From Gemmatimonadota bacterium (GTDB lineage Bacteria > Gemmatimonadota > Gemmatimonadetes > Gemmatimonadales > GWC2-71-9): a stretch of DNA of 64,000 nt. The translations under genes and the position numbers were made by a program. The notes under the pieces are model-generated. The model did not search any database. It worked only from the letters and a program-made list of their open reading frames with translations, and was not told the origin of the DNA. How positions within the stretch are numbered: the stretch's first letter is position 1; the number at the start of each line of letters is the position of its first letter. Positions 1 through 9,848 of this stretch are shown in pieces. The stretch is taken from contig JAZDCZ010000254.1 of the NCBI GenBank assembly GCA_036679605.1, positions 1 to 64,000 on the forward strand, in the 5' to 3' direction.

Positions 1-1708
1 CTCGGGGACCGAGATCGATGACATGGTCGGCTGCCCGAATTGTCTCTTCATCGTGTTCAACTACCAGGACCGTGTTGCCGAGTTCTTTGAGATTGTCGAG
101 AGTCTTGAGTAACCTCGCGTTATCTCGCGGATGGAGACCAATTGATGGTTCGTCGAGCACGTACAACACACCGACCAGCCTGCTGCCGACCTGCGTGGCG
201 AGTCTGATTCTCTGGACTTCACCGCCGGATAGCGATGACGTCGACCGGCCCAAGGTGATGTAATCGAGCCCGACATCGCAGAGAAACCCGAGGCGATCAG
301 TGATCTCTTTTAGAATCGGCTCCGCAATTCGAGAGTCCACGCCTTCTTGCCCGTTGGTTCGAAGCGGCAGCTCGTCGAAGAAAGCGCTCGCTGCTGCCAC
401 GGAGAGGGCAACCACATCACCGATATTTCTTCCACCCACCAACACACTCAGACTTTCGACCTTGAGCCTCCGCCCGCCGCAGGTGTCGCAGGATCGCTGG
501 GTCATGTATTCCTGTAGTTGCGCCCGCACAGAATCGGACGTCGTGTCGCGGTAGCGGCGCTGCACGTTGGCTAGAATGCCCTCCCAACCGATCTCATACC
601 GGCCCGCCGAACGACCGGACCCGTAACGAAATTTGAACGTCCTGTTAGGAACTCCGTACAGCAGGGCCCTTTGCGTCGCCTTCTTCAACTTTCCCCATGG
701 CATGGCGAGGTCGAACTCGAGTTCTTTGGCGAGCGTTGGTAGCACACGATTTCGCAGATAGCCCTTCGGTTCTCCCCATGGTAGCACGACCCCTTCTAAC
801 AGTGAGATTTGCTCATCCCCCAGTACCAGTTCCTGGCTAACGACTCTCCTCGTACCGAGCCCTCCACAATGTTGGCACGCCCCGTAAGGGGAGTTAAAGG
901 AGAATTGTCGCGGCTCCAACTCCGGAAGCGAGTAGCCACACTCCGGACACGAGAACCTCTCCGCGAACAGCACCGTTTTTGGCGACCTTGCGTGCTTGAT
1001 GACTTGAACTAGACCGTCCGAAGCGCGTAACGCGGTCTCCAATGAATCGTGTATCCGAGATCTGTCCTTCTTGCGCACCACGAGACGGTCGACCACCAAG
1101 CCGATGTCATGATTCGACCGTTTATTGAGTTTCGGTGGGTCCGACAGGTCGTGCACCTCTCCATCGACCAAGATCCGGACGAAACCCTGGCGACGCGCTC
1201 CCTCGAAAAGGTCCTTGAACGCTCCTTTCCGGCCTCTGACCAGTGGGGCGATGATCTCGACCTTGGTACCCGTACGCCATCCGACAACCACGTCGGTCAT
1301 CTGAGAAACACTTTGCCTCTCGATCGGCTGATTGTCGTTCGGGCAGTGCGGTACACCTACCCTAGCCCAGAGAAGGCGCAAGTAGTCGTAGATCTCCGTC
1401 ACGGTGCCGACCGTAGAGCGTGGGTTGTGACTGGCCCCGCTCTGCTGTATGGAGATCGCCGGGGAAAGCCCTTCAATTGAATCCACATCGGGCTTCTCCA
1501 TCAGCCCTAGGAATTGTCTGGCGTATGCGGATAGTGACTCTACGTAGCGCCGCTGACCTTCTGCATAAATGGTGTCGAAGGCCAGCGACGATTTTCCGGA
1601 TCCCGACAGACCTGTGATTACCGTGAGTCTGTTTCTCGGGATTACCACGTCCACGTTCTTCAAGTTGTGAACCCTGGCCCCGCGGACGATCAGATCTGTA
1701 TCGGTCAT
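1..1708 (-). CDS. uvrA: Excinuclease ABC subunit A (5' part; runs off window edge)
   Basis: Manual translation from ATG at 1708: [67 protein letters not shown], the canonical UvrA N-terminus with Walker A. Not in the ORF track because no stop lies inside the window. Confidence 0.98.
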   Translation of the reverse strand, partial: MTDTDLIVRGARVHNLKNVDVVIPRNRLTVITGLSGSGKSSLAFDTIYAEGQRRYVESLSAYARQFLGLMEKPDVDSIEGLSPAISIQQSGASHNPRSTVGTVTEIYDYLRLLWARVGVPHCPNDNQPIERQSVSQMTDVVVGWRTGTKVEIIAPLVRGRKGAFKDLFEGARRQGFVRILVDGEVHDLSDPPKLNKRSNHDIGLVVDRLVVRKKDRSRIHDSLETALRASDGLVQVIKHARSPKTVLFAERFSCPECGYSLPELEPRQFSFNSPYGACQHCGGLGTRRVVSQELVLGDEQISLLEGVVLPWGEPKGYLRNRVLPTLAKELEFDLAMPWGKLKKATQRALLYGVPNRTFKFRYGSGRSAGRYEIGWEGILANVQRRYRDTTSDSVRAQLQEYMTQRSCDTCGGRRLKVESLSVLVGGRNIGDVVALSVAAASAFFDELPLRTNGQEGVDSRIAEPILKEITDRLGFLCDVGLDYITLGRSTSSLSGGEVQRIRLATQVGSRLVGVLYVLDEPSIGLHPRDNARLLKTLDNLKELGNTVLVVEHDEETIRAADHVIDLGPR

Positions 1709-1716
1709 AGCCTTTG

Positions 1717-1746
1717 AACCTAGACGGGCAAATGACTCACGGTCAA
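1717..1746 (-). promoter_or_regulatory. sigma70-like promoter of uvrA (TTGACC-N18-TAGGTT), 8 nt before ATG
   Basis: Hexamers read on the minus strand; no SD sequence before the ATG. Confidence 0.55.
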
Positions 1747-1773
1747 CGGCCGGATCCGGTCTAGAGTCCGTGC

Positions 1774-1802
1774 TTGCCAATCGGACTGGCAGGCCATAGT
1801 TT
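1774..1802 (+). promoter_or_regulatory. sigma70-like promoter of cutA operon (TTGCCA-N17-TAGTTT)
   Basis: Hexamers with a 17 bp spacer upstream of cutA, divergent from uvrA. Confidence 0.5.
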
Positions 1803-1837
1803 CTCGATCCCGCTGCTCAGGATGATTGCCGGACTCA

Positions 1838-2191
1838 ATGAATACGCCTAGCTCCGTCTCCCATCTTGTGGTGTTTACTACAGTCGCAAATGTCGCCGAC
1901 GCACGTTCATTGGTGAATCGATTGGTGACCGATCAACTGGTCGCGTGCGGGACCATCCTCGATGGCGCCCAGTCGATATATCGGTGGAAGGGCAAAATAG
2001 AAGAAACGACGGAGGTGATGGTGGTGCTAAAAACCACACGTGAACGTTGGGAGGCACTGGGATCGACTATCCGGGAGATACACCCGTATGAGGTACCGGA
2101 GTTGCTTGCTCTTCCGGTAGCTTACGGTCACCCAGAGTATCTCGACTGGGTCGAGGCTGAGACTTCTGGCCCCACGGGTGGTCCCGCATGA
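1838..2191 (+). CDS. cutA: Divalent-cation tolerance protein CutA
   Basis: LVAC...SIYRWKG...E...KT...HPYEVPE motifs. Confidence 0.93.
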   Translation: MNTPSSVSHLVVFTTVANVADARSLVNRLVTDQLVACGTILDGAQSIYRWKGKIEETTEVMVVLKTTRERWEALGSTIREIHPYEVPELLALPVAYGHPEYLDWVEAETSGPTGGPA

Positions 2192-3060
2192 CCGCGAACG
2201 GTCGGCGCCGGCGCCGGCGGCTCAAGAAGCGGGCAGCGGTCGAAATGTCGGCCCGCGTGCTACCTGCCGGACTCGGCACATCGGTCCAGCCTGTATATGG
2301 AACCGAGAGCACCGCAGAAGTCGGTCAGCTCCATTTCGAAATGGCAGATGACAGTAAGATTGATCTTGAGACGGCAAACGAACCCGAGCCCGATGGAGCG
2401 AGTTCCATAGCTATCGAGCCCCAAGATGTCACCGCTGAGCCCGCTGCTGAAGATTTACTGTACCGGGCCGCGCATGACGCCGCCCAGGAAGGCGACACCC
2501 GCCGGGCAACAGGAATCTATCGGGAGTTGCTGAGGCTCAACCCGGACAATATCAAAGCGCGCAATAACCTTGCGCTTCTCCTAGACCAGGCCGGCGACCG
2601 TGAAGAGGCGCTAGAGGCCCTCGACCGGTGCTTGGAAAGCGACCCAACGAACCCCGACGTCCTCGCAAACCGCGGTGCTATTTTGGGAGCAGCAAACCGC
2701 TACTCCGAGGCAAGGCGGGATCTCCAGAATGCGCTGCAATCTGACCCGTGCAATGCGGAAGCGCAGTTCAATCTCGGCCTGGTCGAGATTCGGAGAGGGC
2801 TCTGGACCGGCGCTATTCCCTACCTACGGCGCGCCATCGAGCTAGACGCGAGCCGGGCCGCTGCCTACTTCTATCTAGGCGAAGCGTTGAACCACGTTGA
2901 CGATCTCGAGGGCGCCCTTCAGGCATATCAGAGAGCCGCAGAGCTGAAGCCCAATAGTACCCAGGCGTACTACGGGTTAGGCATAGTCCTCGATCGGCTG
3001 AATCGTCCCGATGAAGCTGCACACATGTACCGCCGATCCCGGGAGGTTGTCGGCCGGTGA
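2188..3060 (+). CDS. Tetratricopeptide repeat protein
   Basis: Several TPR units (ARNNLALLL, AQFNLG, AYFYLG, AYYGLG); Arg-rich then acidic disordered N-terminus. Confidence 0.88.
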   Translation: MTANGRRRRRRLKKRAAVEMSARVLPAGLGTSVQPVYGTESTAEVGQLHFEMADDSKIDLETANEPEPDGASSIAIEPQDVTAEPAAEDLLYRAAHDAAQEGDTRRATGIYRELLRLNPDNIKARNNLALLLDQAGDREEALEALDRCLESDPTNPDVLANRGAILGAANRYSEARRDLQNALQSDPCNAEAQFNLGLVEIRRGLWTGAIPYLRRAIELDASRAAAYFYLGEALNHVDDLEGALQAYQRAAELKPNSTQAYYGLGIVLDRLNRPDEAAHMYRRSREVVGR

Positions 3061-3560
3061 TCGAAGTGGTAGTAGATGACCTAGCGTTCGTCGGGGCGGA
3101 CGCGGTCGTCCGTCCTACAACCACAGCTCTCGAGCCACTCACCGCCGCGTTGATGCGCCTTGAACAAATAGGCGGCTCATCTTTTTGCAATCAGCTGAAG
3201 GTTCACGAGCAACTCGAGATTGGGGCGGCCGTGGTAACGTCGGCTGGTGAGCTGGCCGCAGACTTCGTAGTACATGCGGTGATCATGAGCCCCGTTGAAC
3301 CGATCACCGTCGCGGGTGTAAGAAGGGCTCTAATTAGCGTAATCCAGAGAGCTGCCGATTGGCAGCTCTGTAGCATCGCGGTCCCACCCCTTGGAGTAGG
3401 TGCAGGCAATTTGACCCTTGAAGACTCCGCTGAACTGATGATACAGACTTTGAGGAGATGCCTGGTCAACGCGAGCTTCCCACGTCACGTGTCGATTGTG
3501 GTCGAAAGCGAGGAAGCGCGCCTGATCTTCGACGGTTGCCTCAACAGGATCCGCTCTTGA
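3057..3560 (+). CDS. Macro domain protein (degenerate active-site motifs)
   Basis: IEVVVDDL..ADAVV, G.AVVTSAG.L.ADFVVHAV, SIAVPPLGVGAG. Confidence 0.85.
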   Translation: MIEVVVDDLAFVGADAVVRPTTTALEPLTAALMRLEQIGGSSFCNQLKVHEQLEIGAAVVTSAGELAADFVVHAVIMSPVEPITVAGVRRALISVIQRAADWQLCSIAVPPLGVGAGNLTLEDSAELMIQTLRRCLVNASFPRHVSIVVESEEARLIFDGCLNRIRS

Positions 3561-5125
3561 ACCGCCGATCGCTAGCCTGGACCATCATCGTTCTCTGGCT
3601 AGGGACGTTCGGATGGTTGCTACAACGTCAGTTCAGGCAGGCGCCATCGAGGCTAATGACGGAAGCCGCTCTACGGATCCCGCCGGGGGCGGCTTACTTC
3701 GGTTTGGAATTGGGCAATACCCAGGTTGGGTTCCTCTCGACCAAGGTAGACACTCTCCCGGACACACTGCTGGTTCAGTCTCTACTGATACTTGACGTTC
3801 CCACGCCGGACGGCCCGCAAAGGATCGAGACAAGAACTTCGGCAGTTCTCTCTCGTACACTGGAACTACGATCATTTGAGGCCGCCGCCCGTGGATACGA
3901 AGGTGAATTCGCAACCGCCGGCGAGATTTCGGGAGATACCATCCTCAATCTCGAAATAGAGTCGCTCCAGAAAACACTCTCGGCCCACGTTCCGCTAGAC
4001 GGTCCCGTTGTCCTGCCATCCGTGCTGCCGGTCTATCTTGCGTTTCGGACTAAGCCGGTAGTTGGCAACACTCTCAACATCGACGTTTTCGATCCGCTGT
4101 TGCTGAGTCTTCGTAACGTGAACGCAAGTGTGATGGCCGAGTCTACGCTCATAATTCCCGATTCGGCGACCTATGATTCAACAACCACCAGATGGATGCC
4201 TGCTCGATGGGACACGCTGCAGGCCTGGAAAATCACCTTGAGCGATGCAGATGGTACTACGCCGGAGTTCACCTCGTGGATCGATGAGCTTGGGCAGCTC
4301 GTTCGGTCGACCTACCCGACGGGTGTTACGATCGATCGCACTGCTTTCGAGATAGCGTTCAATAGGTTCCAGAAACAGATGACCTCTGACGACAAACCCT
4401 CGGCTTACTCGCAGAGTTCACCGATTAGACGCACACCCCTCGCAGCGGGCGTTCGACCCGCGTCAAATACGCGCTTGCTCCGAGCACTAGTCAGCCGTCC
4501 CCGACTGACCCAACTCATCCTGGGTAGCAGTACACAAACCCTCGATGGAGACACGCTGACGGTGCGCATGGTTCACGATTCATCGTTGGCAGCAAGATAC
4601 GGATTGCCAGCTCAGTTACCGGTGCTCGTGCCATATTTGAAACCAGAACCCCTGATCCAGAGCGAGGATGTTAGAGTCCAGTCACAAGCCCGCCAGATCG
4701 TAGCGAGTCTCTCACGTCGGCGGCGTCGGAACCCCTTGAGGGTCGCTCGACTTCTGAATCAATGGGTGAGCGAGGAAATCAAGCCTGGCACTGCTGCGGC
4801 CGCTCCGAACGCGTTGGAAACCCTACAGAATGGGTTCGGTGACAGCAATGAACATGCTGTACTGCTTGTTGCGCTCGCCCGCGCATTGGGAATCCCGGCC
4901 AAGACCGTGGCCGGCCTAATCTACGTGGGCGGGGATTTCCATTACCATGCATGGGCCGAGATCTTCTTGAACGGTTGGGTTCCGGTCGACCCGACATTTG
5001 GTCAATTCCCAGCCGATGCCGCTCACATTCGACTCTCGCGCGGTGGGCTCGCGCGACAGGTAGAAATGATGACATCAATCGGACACCTACAACTTCACCT
5101 ACTCAGGGCAGATTCGGCCAAGTGA
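3557..5125 (+). CDS. Membrane-anchored transglutaminase-like domain protein
   Basis: N-terminal TM; C-terminal GDSNEHA..LARALGIPA, HAWAE, W.PVDPT. Likely TTG start overlapping the macro-gene stop. Confidence 0.88.
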   Translation: MNRRSLAWTIIVLWLGTFGWLLQRQFRQAPSRLMTEAALRIPPGAAYFGLELGNTQVGFLSTKVDTLPDTLLVQSLLILDVPTPDGPQRIETRTSAVLSRTLELRSFEAAARGYEGEFATAGEISGDTILNLEIESLQKTLSAHVPLDGPVVLPSVLPVYLAFRTKPVVGNTLNIDVFDPLLLSLRNVNASVMAESTLIIPDSATYDSTTTRWMPARWDTLQAWKITLSDADGTTPEFTSWIDELGQLVRSTYPTGVTIDRTAFEIAFNRFQKQMTSDDKPSAYSQSSPIRRTPLAAGVRPASNTRLLRALVSRPRLTQLILGSSTQTLDGDTLTVRMVHDSSLAARYGLPAQLPVLVPYLKPEPLIQSEDVRVQSQARQIVASLSRRRRRNPLRVARLLNQWVSEEIKPGTAAAAPNALETLQNGFGDSNEHAVLLVALARALGIPAKTVAGLIYVGGDFHYHAWAEIFLNGWVPVDPTFGQFPADAAHIRLSRGGLARQVEMMTSIGHLQLHLLRADSAK

Positions 5126-5880
5126 TCCACCTCAGGGAACTTACGAAGAACTACGGCAAGTTCGTGGCCGTGGACCAACTCAACCTAGAAATCCCCAGTG
5201 GTCAACTGTTTGGTTTACTGGGACCGAACGGAGCCGGTAAGACCACCACGCTCAGAATGATCGCCGGCATCTTGCGCCCCACCGCAGGAAGTGTTGTGAT
5301 CGGTGGAGATAACATCGTCTCAGATCCGATGAAGGCCAAAGCGCGCCTTGGATTCATTCCCGACCGGCCTTTTATCTACGAGAAACTTACGGGAAGTGAA
5401 TTTCTCCGTTTTGTGGCTGGACTATATGGACAGGACGGCGATGGCGTGGAGAAACGTATCGACCGATGGCTGGATCTATTCGAACTTTCCAATTGGAAAG
5501 ACGAGTTGATCGAGTCTTACAGTCACGGCATGAGACAGAAGCTCATTATCTCGAGCGCAATGATTCACAAACCACAATACGTCGTAGTGGACGAGCCGAT
5601 GGTGGGCCTTGACCCCAAGGGGGCACGCATGCTCAAGGACATCTTTAAGGGATTCGTAGAGCACGGCGGTACGGTCCTCATGAGCACGCATACAATGGAG
5701 GTTGCCGAAGCAATGTGCGACCGAATCGCGATTATTCAACATGGAAAGATCGTGGCGTACGGTTCCATGTCAGAGCTGCGAGAACAGACAGCCGCCGGTG
5801 ACGCATCACTCGAGGAACTGTTCCTGAAGCTCACAGGTGGTGCAGCCATCCGCGAATTGACGACGATACTAGAAGACTGA
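5122..5880 (+). CDS. ABC transporter ATP-binding protein
   Basis: GPNGAGKTT, YSHGMRQK, VVDEP, STH; GTG start overlaps the upstream stop. Confidence 0.95.
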   Translation: MIHLRELTKNYGKFVAVDQLNLEIPSGQLFGLLGPNGAGKTTTLRMIAGILRPTAGSVVIGGDNIVSDPMKAKARLGFIPDRPFIYEKLTGSEFLRFVAGLYGQDGDGVEKRIDRWLDLFELSNWKDELIESYSHGMRQKLIISSAMIHKPQYVVVDEPMVGLDPKGARMLKDIFKGFVEHGGTVLMSTHTMEVAEAMCDRIAIIQHGKIVAYGSMSELREQTAAGDASLEELFLKLTGGAAIRELTTILED

Positions 5881-7562
5881 TGCGCCCACTCACAGTCGTC
5901 CTATTTCCCAAGATTCGCACAACACTTGCACGCATCCGACAGGAGCGCAGCACGAGCCGAGCCAAACTGCTCATCATGGGGGGCGTCGGGACTGTTTTTT
6001 GGCTCGCTGTCTTTGGTGTAGTCTATCGTATGCTGCGCTATTTCAGAGGAGTGGAAGAGATCGGCCCACTCCTGGCCGGCAAACTCCTCGGGATTGTCCT
6101 ACTGTCCTTTCTGTCGATCCTCCTTCTCTCCAACGTGATTACCGCGCTGTCTGCTTTCTTTCTTGCCAAAGACCTGGATCTACTAGTGTCGGCTCCAATA
6201 GACTGGCTTCACCTCTACTTGAGCAAACTCGGTGAGACTCTGCTCCACAGCTCATGGATGGTAGGGCTGATGGTAGTACCCATTTTTGCGGCGTATGGGA
6301 TCATCTACGACGGAGGCTGGTTTTTCCCGCTCTACACGATCGCGCTCTTCGTGCCCCTGCTGGTGGTTCCGGCCGTGATCGGCAGTGCCCTCACGCTCAT
6401 TCTAGTCAATGTCTTTCCGGCCCGGAGGACACGCGATCTTCTATCGGTCGTTGCGATAGCTGCGGCCGGCGTGCTGGTGCTCCTCTTCCGAATGGTTCGA
6501 CCCGAACAGCTCGCCCGACCTGAAGGGTTCACCAATCTACTGGACTTTATCACTCTACTCCGCACACCTACGTCCCCTTATCTGCCAAGCGAGTGGGTGG
6601 CGAGTGGCATGATGGGATATCTCGTGGGGCCGTTCGACATCCTACCAATCTTCTTGCTGTGGAGCACGGCGGCGGTCGCGGTGGTCTTGGGCGCCTTGGT
6701 TCACGCCCGCCTCTACAGCCGGGGGTACACCCGAGCGCAGGAGGGCTCCGAGCGGTTCGTCAAAGGATGGATATGGAGAATGGCGCTTGATCCGTTGTTC
6801 AAGTCTTTGGCCGTGGCAAAACGAGAGTTCATCATCAAGGATCTCAAATTGTTCTTCCGTGATACCACACAGTGGAGCCAACTGATACTTCTCGCGGTGC
6901 TGGTGGTCATTTATTTGTTCAATATCCAGGCGCTACCGCTGTTCTCCGGCGAGCAGGTCCCCTTCTTCACGGTTACCATAATTTCGTTTCTCAACTTGGG
7001 GCTAGCTGGATTCGTCCTCGCGTCAGTGGCCGCTCGTTTCATTTTTCCCTCGATCTCTCTTGAGGGCAGGCAGATGTGGCTCCTGCGGTCCAGTCCCTTG
7101 GACTTGCGTGCCCTCATTTGGTCTAAGTATTGGGTCGGGGCAGTTCCCCTCCTTGTGCTGGCGTTGGCAATCACGGTGCTAACCAACGTCTTGCTACATG
7201 CCACAACCTTCATGATGGTGGTTGGCGTTGTAACAATCATACTCCTGACACTAGCGATAAGCGCAATGGCGCTTGGGTTTGGCGCGCTGTACCCCCAGTT
7301 TGACACCGAGAACGCGGCTCAAATCCCGACATCGTATGGTGGCCTAGTGTTCATGATGTCGACTGTTGCACTTCTTGCCCTCGTGATCGTGGTGGAGGCG
7401 ATACCGATCTCCAGGTACGTGTCAGCGGCCTTCAGGCAGCAGCCGATACCGGTGGACGGCTGGATGATCGGCGCATTCGCCGCCGTCGTGATGATCTGTC
7501 TTACAGCGACCGCAGTGCCTCTGCGAGTAGGACTCAGTCGAATGGAAACCTTCGAGTTCTAG
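5880..7562 (+). CDS. ABC-2 type exporter permease (multi-TM)
   Basis: Many hydrophobic segments; SLEGRQMWLLRSSP motif; coupled to the ATPase gene. Confidence 0.88.
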   Translation: MRPLTVVLFPKIRTTLARIRQERSTSRAKLLIMGGVGTVFWLAVFGVVYRMLRYFRGVEEIGPLLAGKLLGIVLLSFLSILLLSNVITALSAFFLAKDLDLLVSAPIDWLHLYLSKLGETLLHSSWMVGLMVVPIFAAYGIIYDGGWFFPLYTIALFVPLLVVPAVIGSALTLILVNVFPARRTRDLLSVVAIAAAGVLVLLFRMVRPEQLARPEGFTNLLDFITLLRTPTSPYLPSEWVASGMMGYLVGPFDILPIFLLWSTAAVAVVLGALVHARLYSRGYTRAQEGSERFVKGWIWRMALDPLFKSLAVAKREFIIKDLKLFFRDTTQWSQLILLAVLVVIYLFNIQALPLFSGEQVPFFTVTIISFLNLGLAGFVLASVAARFIFPSISLEGRQMWLLRSSPLDLRALIWSKYWVGAVPLLVLALAITVLTNVLLHATTFMMVVGVVTIILLTLAISAMALGFGALYPQFDTENAAQIPTSYGGLVFMMSTVALLALVIVVEAIPISRYVSAAFRQQPIPVDGWMIGAFAAVVMICLTATAVPLRVGLSRMETFEF

Positions 7563-8539
7563 CTCTCGTCCCCTTCGTCGCCCGAAATCGTGGCTACACG
7601 ATACGGCAGTCCGATGATGTTAGCTCGGTAATCGTCCTCAGACTGAGTCATGAACGTCTGAGCGTCGATTGCGTCGACCGCCAGGCGAGCACGGCCGATC
7701 CGCTTAGCGGACCAACTGAGTTCGTAGTGCAGTCCATCCGTGCCATCCACCAACCTCATGGGGACTCGAATCCATCTCCTGACATCTGCTCTAGCGTGGA
7801 GTACGTGCAAGAACACGTACGTCGCGGGATCGTTGCCGTTGTCCAGCGTGTTGCGAACCCATGCACGCACCGTTACGACCTCGTCTAGCCGTATGCGCGG
7901 AACCGCCAGGTCCACATCCAGCTGTTGGCTGGCGTCTTCGATCTGGATAAGACGCCGATCGCCCACAGAAATCTCGATCTTGGTGATGTTCACCGTGCGC
8001 TTGTCAGCATCGGTCATGACCCACTGGGCCGGCGAGACCGACACCAGCTTCCAGTGGTGCCCGTTCGCATCGGCCGAGTCACGGGGCAGTCGGCGAAACC
8101 GCGCCGAGATCGTGACGGTCTCCTGCAGCGGCTTCTCCGTCGGATTGCGAACATCGTCCGGCGTGATGTCGAGCAGAAACTTACCGTCGAAGCTCAGTTC
8201 CTTGGTCACTACCGCGGTGCCGGCCTCACGATCGACCTCGATATTCACCGATCGGCTGACCGGGCGGCCCCTGCGACGTCCCCAATGTCTGGGCGCATCG
8301 CCCTCTGCCTGCTGAGCCACCATGCTGGCCAGTCCGGGACTCACCACGCTGGCTGAAATTTCACTGTCCGATGCCCCATCGATTCCGAATTCGTCGGCAA
8401 AGAAACCCGACTCGCTCAGCAAGGCGGTGATGTCCGACTGATCTTGCTGCGAGACCTGGCCTGGAGCCAGGGCATCGCTGCACCCAGTCAACATGATTGC
8501 TCCAATGGCGATAGCCGCAGCCCAATGTTTCGTGATCAT
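7559..8539 (-). CDS. Hypothetical lipoprotein
   Basis: GGGAGG SD; signal peptide with lipobox MLTG-C. Confidence 0.75.
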   Translation of the reverse strand: MITKHWAAAIAIGAIMLTGCSDALAPGQVSQQDQSDITALLSESGFFADEFGIDGASDSEISASVVSPGLASMVAQQAEGDAPRHWGRRRGRPVSRSVNIEVDREAGTAVVTKELSFDGKFLLDITPDDVRNPTEKPLQETVTISARFRRLPRDSADANGHHWKLVSVSPAQWVMTDADKRTVNITKIEISVGDRRLIQIEDASQQLDVDLAVPRIRLDEVVTVRAWVRNTLDNGNDPATYVFLHVLHARADVRRWIRVPMRLVDGTDGLHYELSWSAKRIGRARLAVDAIDAQTFMTQSEDDYRANIIGLPYRVATISGDEGDES

Positions 8540-8600
8540 ACATCCTCCCTTGTTAGCCGATGTTACTGCTCCAACGGACGATTGGATCCGTCGCTCGCGG

Positions 8601-8616
8601 TGTGACCCAGATCACA
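8601..8616. promoter_or_regulatory. CRP/FNR-family consensus site TGTGA-N6-TCACA
   Basis: TGTGAcccagaTCACA, about 60 bp upstream of the lipoprotein start. Confidence 0.5.
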
Positions 8617-8745
8617 TGGGCGTTCCAGCAGGTAACCGGCGAGTTCGGCTCTACGATAGCTGTTACTGGGTGGGGATGCTGTGACGGGACGCTTCAGCTG
8701 GTCGTGCGGTAGATCACGTGCCGCTAAGGGGGGTTACCGTTGGAA

Positions 8746-9261
8746 TTATGCTGCAGCAGTTACACCGCAGGAGGCGCAGAACTTCGCTCCATCGGTCAGA
8801 TCATCTCCGCAGGCGCGACAACGCGGCAGTGCGTTTGGCCGATTGAGCGCGCGGCCGCAGTCCGAACAAAAGGCAGCTATCGGCTGGGGGCGCGGACCGC
8901 ATGCCGGGCAAACCACTTCAGCACCTTCCCGGGCCTTTTGGATCGCCTCTTCAGCGGCATCGACGGAGTCGGACAGCTCCTCGCCCTTTATTGCTGCCAC
9001 TGCCAACTTCGAATACCTGGCCTTGAGCATCGCGTAGTCTTCGTCGGACAGCTTGCCCGTAGCCTTGTCGAATTCGATTTCCCTCAAGGCCAGAAGAGCC
9101 CGTATCTTGGGCGAATCAGATTCCTCGAGTTCAACGAAGTCTAGTCCGTCGAGCGACATATCAGGATGAAGACTCTGGTGAGGTCGGCCCCGAACCAAGG
9201 GTTCGAGAACCAACGCCAGCGCCGCGACAGCGACAAAAACGCCGGCAAGAAGCTCCGTCAT
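8746..9261 (-). CDS. CcmI-N-like / double zinc-ribbon membrane protein of ccm operon
   Basis: N-terminal TM; LREIEFDKATGKLSDEDY; four CxxC pairs. Confidence 0.78.
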   Translation of the reverse strand: MTELLAGVFVAVAALALVLEPLVRGRPHQSLHPDMSLDGLDFVELEESDSPKIRALLALREIEFDKATGKLSDEDYAMLKARYSKLAVAAIKGEELSDSVDAAEEAIQKAREGAEVVCPACGPRPQPIAAFCSDCGRALNRPNALPRCRACGDDLTDGAKFCASCGVTAAA

Positions 9262-9263
9262 TG

Positions 9264-9848
9264 CTACAAGCCTAAGTCGGCCAGCTCCGCCTGAAGCCGC
9301 GCCGCATCATCCTCCGAAATCAGATCTATGCGGTCTTCGTCGGCAGATCGGACGGTGGCGGCGGATCGGACGGCGGTCTTGCGCAACAAAACCCACGCCA
9401 TGATCCCACCTACCGCTGTGATCACCATGCCGGGTAACACGTAGCCCACGATGTTAAACCCCTCTTTGCGCGGAGCCATCAGCACTAGTTCGCCGTACTC
9501 CGCGATGAAAGCATCCAAGATCTCCTGAGCTGACTTGTCTTGCTTGACAAGTGCGACTACTTGCCTGTGCATCGCAGGAGATACCTGGCAGGTAAAGTCT
9601 GTGGTCCTACACGTGTAAACATCTAGATTGCACCCGCAGGTGCATCGAAGTTTTCTCTCTACCCCTACGACGAACGCATCGTTCTCATAGTCTGTAATCC
9701 TATCTCTAGGCAGCCCGGTCATGCGGGGTCGTTCGAGATGAGCAACCAACGAATCCCTCCCCTGCCCTTGCGGGCCGAAAGAAGGGATCAGTGCAGCAGC
9801 CGATAGCTTCACGGCATCACGGCGCGACAAACTACGATTAGCTGACAA
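9264..9848 (-). CDS. ccmH: Cytochrome c biogenesis protein CcmH-like
   Basis: LRCTCGC, EILD.FIAEYGE.VLMAP, C-terminal TM; TTG start after GGGGAGG. Confidence 0.8.
   Translation of the reverse strand: MSANRSLSRRDAVKLSAAALIPSFGPQGQGRDSLVAHLERPRMTGLPRDRITDYENDAFVVGVERKLRCTCGCNLDVYTCRTTDFTCQVSPAMHRQVVALVKQDKSAQEILDAFIAEYGELVLMAPRKEGFNIVGYVLPGMVITAVGGIMAWVLLRKTAVRSAATVRSADEDRIDLISEDDAARLQAELADLGL

Noticed and set aside
18..1617. Plus-strand ORFs listed in the ORF track
   Set aside because: They are antisense shadows of uvrA.
1709..1760. LexA/SOS box at uvrA
   Set aside because: No CTGT-N8-ACAG or GAAC-N4-GTTC match found.
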